NCBI RefSeq assembly: GCF_001194135.2
Contig: NC_068981.1
Span: forward strand, 57,209,851-57,273,850
Origin: Octopus bimaculoides
Taxonomy: Eukaryota
Reading direction: 5' to 3'
Length of the DNA: 64,000 nt
The notes beneath the pieces are model-generated. The model did not search any database. It was not told where the DNA came from and worked only from the letters and a program-made list of their open reading frames with translations. Of the stretch, positions 1 through 13,605 are shown piece by piece. Both the position numbers and the translations under genes were made by a program. Within the stretch, counting starts at the first letter, position 1. Each line of letters begins with the position of its first letter.

Positions 1-391
1 ATTATAGACATGAAAATGACAGAACTAAAAAGAAAAAATTAAAATACTAACATATCAAACATCTTTTCATCAAAAAACAACTGCTTTTTATACAGATGAC
101 ATCTTAAAAGAGTTTCGCTACAAACTTAACCAAACAGTTGAGTACAAATGGGAAGTTGTGATATGTGTATTTTACTCAACATTAGAAGTATGATGTGAAA
201 TACTAACAAGAAGTAAAATCAGTCATAAACTTTCCTTGCTAAGAAATTTATGCAACTTAAAATATACAGTTTACATTTGTGCGTGAATAATATATTCAAA
301 ACTATGAATTGATTAAATTTCTGAAGTTCTTGAAGAATGATTATCTTCAATATACTTTCCTTAGTAAAACATTTTCTGCTTCTGCTTTTAG

Positions 392-457
392 GAAACCCTT
401 ATGGAGAGGAAATTGATGATGAGGAAACACAGAACTCTGAATTGCTTGGAAGTTCAG
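392..457 (+). CDS. Internal coding exon (66 nt, phase 1-1), acidic linker (G)NPYGEEIDDEETQNSELLGSS, upstream of the zinc-finger exon
   Basis: Polypyrimidine tract ttttctgcttctgcttttAG (AG 390-391), donor CAG|GTTAGC at 458, stop-free phase-1 frame; splices in frame to exon 32291-32473. Confidence 0.8.
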
Positions 458-2149
458 GTTAGCTAATATTATTTTTCATTGTTTGTGGTCTTGTTTGTTT
501 GGGTTTTTTTTTTTTTTTGTTTATTTGAACAAACTATACAGAATCAATATTAACCAAAGCATAGATTCTTATTAACTCAGTTCCATAAATGACATGCATG
601 AAACCAGAGTACATATACAGTAAAATAACTATGCAGAAGACCATAATGAAAGATGATTTACATGGAGAATACCAAAAGCATCACTATCTTATAATAAAAT
701 GATGTTGTGAACAAAAATACAAGATATACTAATATAATTTAGTGAAGAAAATTTTTTTAATTTATTATATTTTGATTTTCATAAATGAAATGTTATGCTT
801 ATTTATTACAATATCAACTCTGATAATTAATTCAATCAATTAGTTATTATAATTATATAGCAAAACTTGTTGCTTTGCATAAGCATGGTGATTCTCTTTT
901 GGCAAAAAATGATATGTCAAATAGTTGATATATTAATAAGAACTATCATGTGAGTTTTTTAGAAGCTTTTATATGACTTAGTTTGAAGAGAATGGCCTCT
1001 GAGGCTGATACATGGCGTTTAAGACCATAGGAATAAAGGGAGAAAAAATATGATTCATGCCTTATCCTTAAAATGGAGATCTGGTCCAAATGCTTTCAGC
1101 AGAGTGCACTTCACTAAAGGCAACCAAAAGTTTGGAGATGCTGATAAATTAACAGATTAAGTTTACCACCTCAAAATGGATCCAGTCTAATCAACATGCT
1201 TCTGTCTATTTAATTTTACTCAGAAGGCTTGGGTTAAGCTCAGATTACAATAGAAGAAACATGTCTAAGATGTTAGATAGTGGGATCAGATGGCAACCAT
1301 ATGATTCTGAAACAACTTATTCCATAGCCATGTCTGTGTCATGCCACACAAAAGAATACAAAACATAAACTTATGGAGACAAACATTTTGAGGATATATA
1401 TATGTAATCTTTGTTAATATTTTATTTTATTTTGTTTCTGCTAAATATATAATCCAAGTAATAATCTCTAACATAAGCACAAGGCCACAAATTTTGGTTG
1501 AAAATAAACAGTTAAATTAATTGCAAAATAAACTTCTTAAGCACTTGACTCTACCTGATAATTATTCTTGGAGTATTTGAATACAGTTTGCTATCCTTTA
1601 CCTATGGCAAAAGTTGTGTTATTCTTCATAGTTTAAATTCAGTGGTTGTCAATCTCATGGACCAAAGCAAGAAGATAGAGCAGTATTTTTTTTTTTTTTT
1701 TTTTTTTTGTGACTTGAAACAAATCAATGTTGTATATTTTTACAAAAAAGTGAGATTCTTTCACTTTGTAAAAAATGAACGTTTCTCCAGGTATGATGAT
1801 ATTTTAAGATGTAAACGTTTACACATTAGTAAATTGAATGGAACACAGAGATTAATAACATCTCATACACTGTTGCAAAATAGCTTTACATAAAATGTTA
1901 TAGTTTGGTATTTGTAAACCTCAATGTTAATAGTCTGAACTTTAGAATAATGGGTAAAATTATAATCACAGTTGATCTTGGACAGCATTATAGTATGTAC
2001 TTGTTTTGTACTCATGTGATGAATAACTAGAAATTGAAGAGATTTTATGAAAATGGTGAAAGTTTTTTTCTTTTTTTTTTAAGCTATGTATTTGTATTTT
2101 ATCCCCCTCTGCGCACACATACACACTACAACAACAAACAGCTTTCCTA

Positions 2150-3910
2150 ATAAAGCAGAGGTTAGCCTAGTAAGACCTTTGTCTTCCCCATTTTCTCCTA
2201 TTGTCTACATGCCCCCTCTCAACTCCCTTGCTCTCATTTCCTCTTCCATCACCTTCTGCCCTGTCTTTTTCAGTCTTCCTCTACTTCCTATCACATCTGT
2301 TTTCATCACTCCTCTCACCCAGTCACATTCATCCTTCCTCAGCATGTGACCCAGTCATCTCATCCCATTTCTTTCCACAACATACATCGCTGGCTCTATT
2401 CCCATCTTTCTCTCTTAGGGTCACTCTGTTCATCCACCATACTACCATTCTCATTTCCTTCCAGCCTTCTCTGCTATTCCATGTTTATTATCTATGTCTC
2501 ATATATTCTCTCACTTCTCACACATGCAGCATACACCTTTTCCTTCAATTTCAGTGACATTCTCTTCCTCATTAGTATGTCATTCAGTTCCCAGAACTTC
2601 TATGTGCATCTCACTCTAGCAATTGTCACTGAGTCTGATCCATCTCTTCTATTCATCATGTCTCCTAGGTAACAAAATGTTTTCACACCTCCCATCTTCA
2701 TGTCATTTACAACATCCAACTTAACATTTCCTCCATCTGCATCTCCCTCCATACATACCATTGAGTTGAATGTAGCTTCCACATTTGTTAATAACAACTA
2801 TATTTTCAAAGAACTCACCCAGTGCATATTGTGCATATGGAGTTTGTTCCAGCATTTTACCTGTGCATTGCATACAGCCACTTCTCAGTTCATTCCACCC
2901 CATCATATATTTTCTCACTTTCCATCATCTTCATCTTTTCAATTTATGCCTTCATATCTTTTGTTGCTATACATTCCTTCTACCTATTCATCTTCTCTTT
3001 CAGTCTGTCTGTGCTCTCTTGCAATTAGCACCAAATTGACTGTGTACATCAACTTCCATGATAAACTCTCTTTAATGAGTTCAGCTAGCACCTCCATCAC
3101 AACTACAGATAAGGGAGCTTAACATTTATCTCTGATGCTTTCAACCTTCACTGCAAACTCATCACTGTTCCTGTCCTTCATCTTTACAACTATGTATGTT
3201 GTCATATATTGACATCACTATTCTAAACAACCATTTCCACCACTCTTAACTCTGTTAATATCCATGTCATCAAATGTGGAATCCAGTTGAAAGCCTTCTT
3301 TGCATTGGCAAACCCCCAAACAACTTCTCTCTCTTTGTCCCTGCACTTCTAAAATAAAAATTATATCAGTCATTCTTCTTCCTGTCATAAATCCAAACTG
3401 CACTTCATCAATCTTCACCCTCTTCTTTATCCCCTTCTCTACCACTTTTTCCAATAGCTTCATTATTCTACACTTCAATGACTTAGTTATTCTATGAGAG
3501 TACTCAACTTCCTATCTGCTGGAATATGGTCTTCTTTCTCCATCAACCTACAGACCTGTCATTTGCTTCATATCCCAATTTTTTGCTTTAAAATATCTCC
3601 TGTGACTCCTGTCAGCCTTCCTTTTCCACTCTTAATTCTCAGTGCTTTCTTAACTTCTTTCCCGGTTATTTCCTCTGCTGGTCCTAGAATTAAATTGCTT
3701 TCTATGTAACCATCAGATCCATTCTCCACATTGAACAACCTCACCATATATTTCTTCCATCTTCCTTTAATTCCATCAGAATCCATGACAATTTGTTCCA
3801 CTTCATCTTTCGAGTAGCTCATCCCTATTACATTACCGTCACATCTCTCTTTTACTAACTGCTTTGCAATCTTAAATGTCTCTTTCTGACTCTCCTGTGA
3901 ATCTATACAT
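2150..3910 (-). mobile_element. Decayed RTE-clade LINE (RT and C-terminal region)
   Basis: Minus-strand fragments MKLLEKVVEKGIKKRVKIDEVQFGFMTGRRMTDIIFIL (3218-3478) and KTFCYLGDMMNRRDGSDSVTIARVRC (2600-2797) match RTE RT motifs (QFGF..GR.T.DAIF; F.YLG); many stops and frameshifts. Confidence 0.85.
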
Positions 3911-4727
3911 TTAGAGGAGCATCAGAGTATGGTGATGAAGATTGCAAAGTAGTTGGATATTAAACAAATTGATAATGTATATATCCTTCCTTTATTGAGC
4001 CCTCAACTCTTGATGGAGTCATAGGAGTGTAATTGTGACATACAGTATGTTTTAGGCATTTAAGCTTGGCAGACACCATCCCTGTTCAAATTTAAACATA
4101 GTTGATATCTTCCAGACAGAAAAAAAAGGGGGGAAAAGGAGTGAGAATAACCAACTCCAGTACTGGACTGATATTTTATTTATTGACCCTGAGATAATGA
4201 AAGGCAAAGTTGAACTCAGTTTATAGAGAGCCACAAGGCATTCTATTTGATATTGAAATGACTCTAACTCGCCATCTTTAGATGAAAAACTGGTAGAGTA
4301 TATTTGTATGTAACATAAACCCTTTAACAGATTTCTGAGCTACTTTCAGGGTTTGCACTAACTGTTACATTTTCCATATTGTATTGCTTTTTCTAAGTTT
4401 GTCTTGCTCTTTTCCTTGTGCGTGTGTATTCATAACTAAATACAACATTTGAATATCATGATTTAGTGTCATCACTATTAGTTACATTTTATTTTTTTAA
4501 GTTACATTGAAAAGCATTGCTATACTTTCAAAATTTTACTTTGGTATTGGTATTCATTTCCAGATATCTGTTTCAAAGGTACTATTTGCTTTAAAGTACT
4601 CAAGTACTTTAATCTGGTGGACAGCACCAACTTTTAATACATTAAATAGTAAGATTACCTGATTGTTCTTGTAAAATACGTCTTCCAGCATATTCTTTTG
4701 ATGACATCTACCACTTGGCCATTATAT

Positions 4728-4885
4728 ATTGGTCTCAAATTTTAGCACACAACCAGCAGTTTTGGGGGAGGGGACAAATTGATTAAATCAGCCCCAGTGC
4801 TCAACTGGTATTTATTTTATCAATTCCAAAAGGATGAAAGGCAAGGCTAGCCTTGGCAGAATTAAAACTCAGAAGGTAGAGAACT
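4728..4885 (-). mobile_element. tRNA-derived SINE, family A (decayed)
   Basis: Shares the cores cacaaggccagca, ccccagtgctcaactggta and aaaggatgaaaggcaaag with the copies at 11625, 14004, 14300 and 25297. Confidence 0.75.
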
Positions 4886-5392
4886 TAGCCATTTTATATT
4901 GATCTTGTTTGATAGAACACATATACTTTTTATCAAATGCAAGAGAGTCTGCTGTTTTGTTGATCCACTGAAAGTACCTGACATAGAAGCAGTATACGAT
5001 TAGTATATTGTATATATGGTCTTAAGTGAGGTTACAAAGACATTGAAACTAAAAAGAATGCTAAAAAGCACTCAATATTTAGGTAGAGCAAATGCATTGA
5101 GTTGTAATGCTTACATCACTTTTGTCACTTGGTATACATGTTGCGCAGAATAGATGTGTTTGGAGTAAAAGGCTCTCAAAGAATTCATCTGTTTCAATGG
5201 TCATGTATATGTATACACACACACAACACATATGTAGTGGTTAACACAGGTATATAGTAAACAGCAGATGTGGTGTTCAAATTACACAGCTATTTTCTCT
5301 TCTATATTAGATATATGCTCGTGTATAAATACATTATATATACACATACATGGCCATATGGATGGATAGATAGATAGATATTTATGATGATT

Positions 5393-5434
<42 letters not shown>

Positions 5435-6954
5435 TAATAAAAGAGCTGGAATAAGTGAATGGGGCCAATGGCTACATTTTATAAGTACAAATAATTGTTT
5501 TTTGAAACTTTTCAATTATGTGTATATTTCACCTTTGTTGTTATTATTTTTGTTTTTATAACTGCTTATATCAAGGTTGTTGCATTACGTCTGGCCTGTT
5601 GTACATTAATACTGGAATATATTCAGATAACATTGGTTTCTGTAAACTAGCTAAAAACTTGACTTATTTATTTGCACATTGAGTTTTGCAGCTATCATCT
5701 TCACTTGTTCTTGCCAATAAAACAGCATGATTATCTCCCCAGTGAGTATGAATGCCTGCTGTCTTATACAGAACTATACCATTAGTTCTTTGCCAAATAT
5801 ATTGCAGAACTATTCTGCTGTTTCAACTTCATATTCTATTTTTCATTTTTTATAGTTCTTACAATATCATAAAGTTGGATATAATAAATTTAATTCATTT
5901 AACTGTTGCATTTCTTTTTTCCACCTTTGTTATTAATTTTTTTCTTTTATATTTTCTTATTTTAACTGGGGATTTGTATTTCCTGCAAATCTAAAATCCC
6001 TCGAGGTGTAAACTTCTTAAAAAATATATTGCTTCAATTCAGAACACACACATACATATATGAAATGTTTAATTTTCTTTGGTATAGAAGAAAGCATATT
6101 TTCTATATAATTTCATTAGTTTATGAATCATTTTCAGTTTCTTTTCCTCTTTTATACATCGTTTTTCCTTTACTTAAAACAAATGGCTGCTTTTAACATA
6201 CTTGCTACTTTTGAAATTATTTTGCTCTTTATAACTACCTAAAAATAAATGTCATTGTGTTTTTAAAATTTCATCAATATTAATAATAATCGTTATCACG
6301 ATGATGGTCAATAACGGTTATACCAAGCACAAAGTACTGCTTCATCAGTGGGATACAAACCTATGACCCAACAACCAGTAATCTGACATCTTTCTGCTCA
6401 GATGTTTCACTTTATGTTATTGATTTTTCACATATTTGCATGAGAAAAGAAAACCAGCTGGGATTCCCTTCATAACAGCGAGTAGACCTAGGAAGAACCT
6501 AATACTGAATCTCATCATCATCATAATTCAACATTGGTACACAGTTATTTGTTATATTTGACTGAGAGCTGAGTCTCATCAGTTCAGACTGTCAAAAATA
6601 GTAGGAAGGCACAGTTGTAGTCATTGACATGTGATAAAGTTTTGTTGCTGCTGTTGTTGTTTAACCCTGGTTTAGTCCTAATTCTGTAGAACTATGATCA
6701 AAAGCATCAAAGAGGTGACAAAGTCTTTTTGTATATCAAGGACTACATTGTCTAATGTGTTCTTCCTTCCCAAACATGATAGGAAGAGTGTAAACTGAGA
6801 GAGAGAGAGAAAAACAAAGAGAGACAGACAAACAGACCTGGCAAATGCTGTAACAAACAAACGATATTTGTTGGCATGTTGCAGTGTTTAGTTTAAGAAT
6901 GCATCTCAATATGGTTGGTAAGCTCCATCCAAGATTATAGACCAAAATGTGATT

Positions 6955-7351
6955 TAATGGTTAGGCGATGTGTCAATCATGGCCTGGATCTCACCGACAA
7001 ATTCAAGAGTTCTTTTCTTATCAGAACAATCAGAGTAAGTTTTCCGAGCTGTTGTACCTTTGTAATCACCATTAAACTCATCCAACTCTTTCTGAATCCT
7101 CTGAACTGTCCTCAGATCGACACCCAAACACTCTGAAATGTTCGTATTGGAGCTTCCGATGCAAATGCCAAGCAGCATAGCATGTTGTTTCCAAATTTCC
7201 GACTGAGTGAATTGCGTCATGGTGCTGCTTTTCTCACAAACAGTACCGAACTGACCCTACTATACTGTGTAGTTGATAAAATCAAAAACAAACAATGCAC
7301 ATGCACAAAATCAAAAATATAAAATGGCAACAATTTACCCATCACACCCTG
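6955..7351 (-). mobile_element. Truncated Tc1/mariner-superfamily element: terminal repeat plus transposase N-terminal HTH
   Basis: ORF 6954-7220(-) has ...NISECLGVDLRTVQRIQKELDE...KKRTLEFVGEIQAMID; the end reads TA|CAGGGTG on the minus strand (ccctg 7347-51, TA 7352-53). Other end not found. Confidence 0.75.
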
Positions 7352-7354
7352 TAT

Positions 7355-7560
7355 ATGTGTGTATTTGTATTTGTCCCACCCCACCATCACTTAGTGATTG
7401 GTATTAGTTTGTCTCCATCCTCATAACTTTGTGATTTGACAAAAGAGACCAGTAGAGTAAGTGTAGTACTAGCGCCAGTTTGTTCAACTGAACCTTTCAA
7501 AGACAGTATCCTCATATGCTGTAGCCCATTGACTGAAACTAGTGAAATATAAAAGGTAAG
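7355..7560 (+). mobile_element. 3' half of SINE family B (decayed)
   Basis: tttgtcccacc...aaaagagacc...tgactgaaac..gtaa pattern, also seen in the copy at 59316-59800. Confidence 0.6.
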
Positions 7561-7791
7561 ATAATAGAACATTAGGTTTAGTGCTTCATTTTAATCAGGG
7601 TTGGTTTCCCTCTGATCCCCTTACAAGGTCAATAGAATAATTACCAATAAAGGTTGTTTCAAATTAATATTGTGCCTACAAAAGAAATCATTGGCAGTTT
7701 CTAGAACAACTAATGGCATTGAGTAGAGTGGTTTATTTTTGCTTTGATGATGATTATTTTAGTTTTTAGTCTCTCACATGCTACCCTTTAA

Positions 7792-8029
7792 CCCTTTTGT
7801 TACCGTATTTATTTTGAGATGCTCTGTCTGTCTTTCAATTAATTTTAAATATAACAAAGAATTTATTAAAATAACTTAGTTATCATTAAGCTAGTGTTAG
7901 GAACATAAACTGTGACTAAAGTTTGGTGGAAGATTTTAATTCAAAACTCATGGAAACAAAACATTTGTACTACAGAGGCGACTGCGGATGCAGATCTTGG
8001 TGGTAGTAGCAAGATTGGTATCGAAAGGG
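7792..8029. mobile_element. piggyBac-type MITE (TTAA TSD)
   Basis: TTAA|CCCTTTTGTTACC ... GGTATCGAAAGGG|TTAA; interior is the reverse complement of most of 19894-20113. Confidence 0.8.
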
Positions 8030-10640
8030 TTAAGGAGCTGTGGCCATCCTTACTTAAACTTAGAATAAATCTTGAAAAAAATATTTTTAAAAAAACTATC
8101 AAAATTTATTCAAATAAATGCAAAAGATACTGAATCTAAATTGCATAAATAAACATTATTCTAGTAAAATTACTGTTTCATGTTGAAAATTTTATAGAGA
8201 GAGACTGAAAATTACAGTTTATAATCTAAGTGTAAACAATGTCAAAATATAAATACATATATATATATTTAAAATAATTCCAATTCTTTGCATCAGATAA
8301 ATGATCTGATGATAAATGTCTCCACATGCCACATGGGGGTTATAAAAACAGTGCTTAGCTGCAAGTTTTGTAACATTATGCAGATGGGAGATGAATTTGG
8401 ATATGATGCCAGTCTATTGCAGATATCCTTTTCTGATGTTCTAGTGGTATCTATTGCCAACAGCTAAGTGAACTGAGTTACATAGCTGCATGGATGTTTT
8501 ACCCAGAGACATTACAAATTGCCTGCAGCAAATAATCTAATATCTTATCCTCACAATCATTTTGTACCAACCTTAACACAAGAATGATGAAGCTGTATTC
8601 TGTGCTTTTTTCCCTTTTCTCCCCTCCCAATCCATTTATGTTTCTTACAGTTTGTCGAAATTTTCTTTTATCTTCTTATTTTTCTTTAAATATTCAGTTA
8701 TTTAAGTATCAAGATTATTGACCGAAGAGGTTTACCTGTACTTCCTATCTCACCAGCAGCCATGTTAATACTTATTTATTGGTATTCAACTTTGTGGTGT
8801 TAGTTGTGACAGTGTTACTGAGTGGAATAGTGTAAATGGTAGTAGTAGTAGTAGTAGTTGTAGCAGCGGCAGTAGTAGTAGATATTGTAAACTTCCTTAT
8901 GCTAACCATCAAATTAAATTAATATGGATGGCTGACAACTTTTCATTCAAAGTAAAATGAGTTCAAATATTAACAAATGGTGGTCCAGTGAAATACATTT
9001 ATCTAATTTCTGAAATTTGTCAGTTTAATTATTTGCTTAATCAAAGAAGTGAGGAAAGTAGGGGGAGGACGATCATTGTCTGTATTTTTCATTTACAACA
9101 TAATTTTATATTTAATGTTACTGACAGGAGTTGTGAAACTGCTAACTGAAGGGTTATTATTTCATATCTCACGAATGGAAAACATTTTTCACACAGGCAT
9201 GTTTTTTACACTAAAATTTCAACTTTATAGAGTTCTCTTTAGTGATTCCACACTGCAATTTTAATTAGTGTATCTTTAAATCAAAGTTTCCAAGTGCAGC
9301 CTGTCTTATTCTGATGTAGGGATTAGGATAAAACTACTTAACTAAAAAGTAATCCAGTAACTGCCTTTGTGTGCTTCCTGACACCTTTTCTAATGAATAT
9401 TTTTCTAATATTTTCAAATTTGTTCTGGATAGGCTTGATACTCATGAGATATACAGAATGCATTCTGGGTCAAATGCCTTCTTGAGATATTTCCCAGTGA
9501 TACACTTTCTTAAGATATTACATAGATTTATTTTAGAAAGATATTTGTTAACCATCTTTTTAAAGCTTTCTCAATTTTATTTCATCATTTAACATCAAAA
9601 CTCTGAAGAACATAGCAGTTGCGTAAAAATTTCATGTTTGCATTTGTTATTACTAGATGTCTTAATTCGGTTAATAATTCAGAAAAATAACATTTTAGAT
9701 AAACAAATTGTTATTTCATATTTAATGTCTACAACGACTCTACAATGGTGCAACTGTTATTTTATTTTTAATGGCTACAACAACTCTGCAGTGGTTCATT
9801 TTAATCCTTCTACAACCTTTAACCTACCTTTTCACTTATTTATTAGGTTATTGTATGACTTCAAACAATATAACATTTTATCTGCTCAGAGACCTAAATA
9901 AATTGTCTGCTGCAGCAATTACAAAATGACCATTGCTTTTCCATCTCTTTTTGGCCCTGAAGCAAAAGAACAGAAAAGCTTGATGTTGTTGTTGTTGTTT
10001 TCCGTTTTGTTTTCTGGGAATATTATTTAATTTTTACTCAATCAAATGATGTATTGATTATGGGTCTCTATTGATATGATGACTGCCAGTAAATATAACT
10101 TGACGTTGAGGGATTCATGCAACTTAGCATAGATATACATACAGGCAATGTAACATTGAGAGATATGTATAGCTTAATACAAAAATATACAAATCTGGGT
10201 ATTGGAAATGTATGACTGTCCATAGAAATAGATTTTAGAGTTTATTTCTTTATGATTTTCAGATGAGCTTTGTTGGTTTGACATGAAGCAAGTTTCGTTT
10301 TCCTCTTAATTTTTCTGAATTATTGTTTTTCTAAATTAGAATTATTCACCCCATGGAATAAGAGCAGCTAATGATTTTATTGGAAGAGAGAGTAAGAAAA
10401 GAAAATTAATATACAGAAAAGAAATTGAAGGGTAAAAATTATTGAAAAACAAATACTATTCTTAAAAGTAAAGTTGTTTTTTTTTGGTCTTTTTGTTGCT
10501 TGTTTTTAAGTAGATTGATGCTAACACTATTAGTCATTTCAAATTTACTCATTTCTGATAGAGTTTGTGAATCTTCCTGACCTTGTTTCTATAAACATTG
10601 AACAATACACATTTTAAACTACAACAAATGCAAGTATTCC

Positions 10641-10659
10641 TACCTACTACTACTACTAT

Positions 10660-10695
<36 letters not shown>
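10641..10695. repeat. (TAC)n microsatellite
   Basis: Direct reading. Confidence 0.95.
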
Positions 10696-10697
<2 letters not shown>

Positions 10698-11399
10698 TCC
10701 AATACTTGAAACTTGATATAGATTTGTTTTCGCCTACCACAATGTTTCAGATTTTTTAAAGAGGGTAAAATAAAATGCTATATAATGGTCATGCCTTTTC
10801 ATAACACAAATGAAATGAAATGGCTTCAACTTTGAAATGAAACTAGGATTTTGGACTCAGCTCACCATGTACTTACTTTTCACTATGGGAATCCTTGCAG
10901 CTTGATAAGAACTGTACTGATATCACCCTACTCTCCTACTGTTTGCACTAATGTCACCCGACCTTCCTAGCCTGCTTGTCTAGAAGGCTCTCTGCAGGTT
11001 ATATTTATAGTCCTTTCTCTCTTGATCAACAAATTAAAAAAAGATGAATCTTTTTTTTTTTTTTTTTTTTTCTTAGATCTAACAACAGAAGTGTTACTAT
11101 AGAATACTACATGCAAGGTTATCAATTTTGTTTAAACTATATAGTTCAATGAGGATAAGTACATTTATTGGATTATTTTACTTCATAGTTTACTTGCAGA
11201 TTTTTGTTTTTCTTTCACTACTTCTATTCTTCTCTCTAAATGTTTTGCAGAACATCCAGCCTAAACATTATGTGCTGTCAGGTTCTGAAGCATTGTGTGC
11301 TTTTCCAGGGATGGGTAAGAGGAGTACTTGACTAAGAACAAGCAATTCTACTTGCATCTGTTGATATGGAAAACTATTTTGACAGATTCTCACACTCAA

Positions 11400-12460
11400 T
11401 TGTTAGATGGGTGCTGAGAAAATCAAATTTAGATAAATAGTTTGTGAGGTGTAGAAGAATGACTTACAAGCTATACATGGAGGATTTGCTGTTAGTATGT
11501 CTGAAAGGGGTAAGCAGGGTCTCAGTACTGTAAGGTTAGAAATTGACAGTAAATACAGCGAACAATGTAGTGTGGAGATAACTGCTCTCATCAGGGCTCT
11601 ATCCTCACACTACTGCTATTGATTATAATAATAATGATTTCAAATTTTGGCACAAGGCCAGCAATTTTGTGGAGGAGTTAAGTCCATTAAATCAACCCTG
11701 AAAGGATGAAAGGCAAAGTTGACCTAAGCAAAATTTGAACTGAGAACATAAAGACGGATGAAATGCTGCTAAGCATTTTGCTTGGTATACTGATTCAGCC
11801 AGCTCACTGACTTAATTAATTACAGTAATAATGGAGGAGTTCAAGGCTTGATATTCTTAAGGCATTTATCTATTGGCAACCTGGTTCTCTTTGCAGGGTT
11901 TATCATGGAACTTTCCTCAAAAGTTTCAAACCTGGGCAGACTAGAGTTTAAAGGTCTGAAGTTCAATATGGTAGCAATTTAGTGTTAGTTAGTATCAAAG
12001 AACTCAAGATCCCAGTGCCATTTGGGGAGTTGCTTTTGTTAGTATGTCTGAAAGGGGTAAGCAGGGTCTCAGTACTGTATATTCAGTACATGAAATGGGT
12101 TTACAAAATATCCAGTGGTATCTCTGGCATATGTGACACTTCACATAAGTAAAATGTTTAGCAAGGATGAACAGTAGAGACACTTATGAAATGATGTCTA
12201 AACATGTTGACAATTTCTGTTATTTAGTGTATCTAATTAGTGTTGGAGGTGGCTGTGTTGAGAACGTATTAGCAAAATAATAAAAAAGGTTGACTAGGTG
12301 GTAGTGAATCTGAAAATTAATGTGGAAGATCTGTGAGTACTGGGGAGAAGATTGTCAGGTATTATCTGTTAGTTGTGTAACAATACATGAAAGATGGAAT
12401 ATAAGTCAACTGACAGAGTGGCTAGATATTAAAAATATTGACAAGGTCAGTGTTTCCAAA
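11400..12460 (+). mobile_element. Highly decayed RTE LINE fragment, interrupted by a SINE and a templated insertion
   Basis: Remnants KVR-IDSKYSEQCSVEI...HQGSILTLLL (~11533-11615), a zinc-knuckle-like LKGVSRVSVLYIQYMKWVYKISSGISG (~12048-12130) and YLISVGGGCVENVLAK (~12230-12275) match RTE ORF order. Confidence 0.65.
11625..11812 (-). mobile_element. tRNA-derived SINE, family A
   Basis: (AAT)n tail, ggcacaaggccagcaattttg, gaaaggatgaaaggcaaagttgacc, B-box remnant (ttcaaatt on the minus strand). Confidence 0.8.
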
Positions 12461-13406
12461 ATGGTGTGCTGCCAAATGTTAAATATACCATGAAAATAAG
12501 AAAATTATATTTAAGAAATACAAAAAATCATCAGTATTGTTTTTATGTCTTCTTTTTCCATGGACAAAAGCTTACTGTTATAATATTTTCTGGTTGGATG
12601 CCTTTCCTGTCACCAAACCCAACCTGTTTTTCTAGTGGGAAAAATTGTATTCTAGTGATCTTCATAAGTTTAAAGCAGCAATGTTACAGAACATTGTTTA
12701 CAGGACATGCAAACATAACACCACCATATTTGACGCAGTGTCAGACAAACAGAAAAAAAATTTCATATAAACACACCATATACACACATGTACATGCATA
12801 CATTCAATGGACTACCATAAAGCTTACATCTACATGTTCCAGTCATACAGCATTACTTTGCTCAAGACTATAGTAGAAGACACTCAAATAATCTGAAGAT
12901 GCTACAGAATGAAAGTACATTGGATTAAAATGCTGAGTTATTACTTGCTGATATGGTTAACCAGTATAGATTAATAGGTTGAGGAAGGAAGCTTACAATA
13001 TAATTCTGTAGCAATTAATTACAGTATAATTCAGTGGAATCTGAACTATAACGACAAATACTGCTGGAACCCTTGGGTAGTGAGATACACATAAAAAAAA
13101 AGCCTATTGAAATAATTAGTAGTGCTTGCTAATGTAGAGAAGATTTTTGGAGGTGGAAATTGTTAAATCAACCGCTGAAGTAGGAAACATGAAATTGATT
13201 TTTGTAGGATACATCTTATATTGGCACAAGGCTACAAATGTTGAGAAACAAACAATGTCAACGGAATCAACATACATGTATGTATGCTTGTGTGCATGTA
13301 TGCATGTATAACTAATACTCACAAAACAGAAGACAAAACAATATATTGCAAGTTTGGTGTTGCACTGTTTCTACCATTCTACTTTCCACCTAATAATAAT
13401 AATTGT

Positions 13407-13605
13407 TTCATATGTGTATTTCGTGTGCAAGATTCTTGATGTGGATACGTGTGTTGAAAGAAATACTATTAAACCTTGGGAGAGGCATTATGCCGGTAAT
13501 AAACACACGCACTGATTTAACAAAAAACTATATACTGTTTATAAATTAATAAAGGACTGAACCAGTGCATGTGTTTATTACCGGCATAATGCCTCTCCCA
13601 AGGTT
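13407..13605. mobile_element. 199-bp fold-back insertion with a 16-bp TSD (Penelope-like or other TPRT product)
   Basis: Direct repeat TAATAATAATAATTGT at 13391-13406 and 13606-13621; 48-bp inverted repeat 13467-13514 / 13563-13610 with 1 mismatch. Confidence 0.7.

Noticed and set aside
6555-6585. Other CTGANGA hits tested as hammerheads (6575 minus, 12897 plus, 49988 minus, 58911 plus, 63876 plus)
   Set aside because: Each lacks G12/GAAA, a pairable stem II, or stem I/III; consistent with chance.
9129-9200. Phase-1-compatible open frame after ctgacAG
   Set aside because: Poor polypyrimidine tract, no canonical in-phase donor, no recognisable protein.
11077-11117. Poly-T acceptor with GTTATC donor (41 nt)
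   Set aside because: Stop codon in the phase-1 frame, length not a multiple of 3, weak donor.
11251-11314. Pseudo-exon ttttgcAG...ATGG|GTAAGA (64 nt)
   Set aside because: Good splice signals, but TAA in the required phase-1 frame and frameshifting; at most a poison exon, and unsupported without RNA data.
13478-13514. Twister- or hammerhead-like reading of GGAGA-GGCA/tta/TGCC-GGTAA
   Set aside because: Neither consensus core nor pseudoknot pairings can be built.
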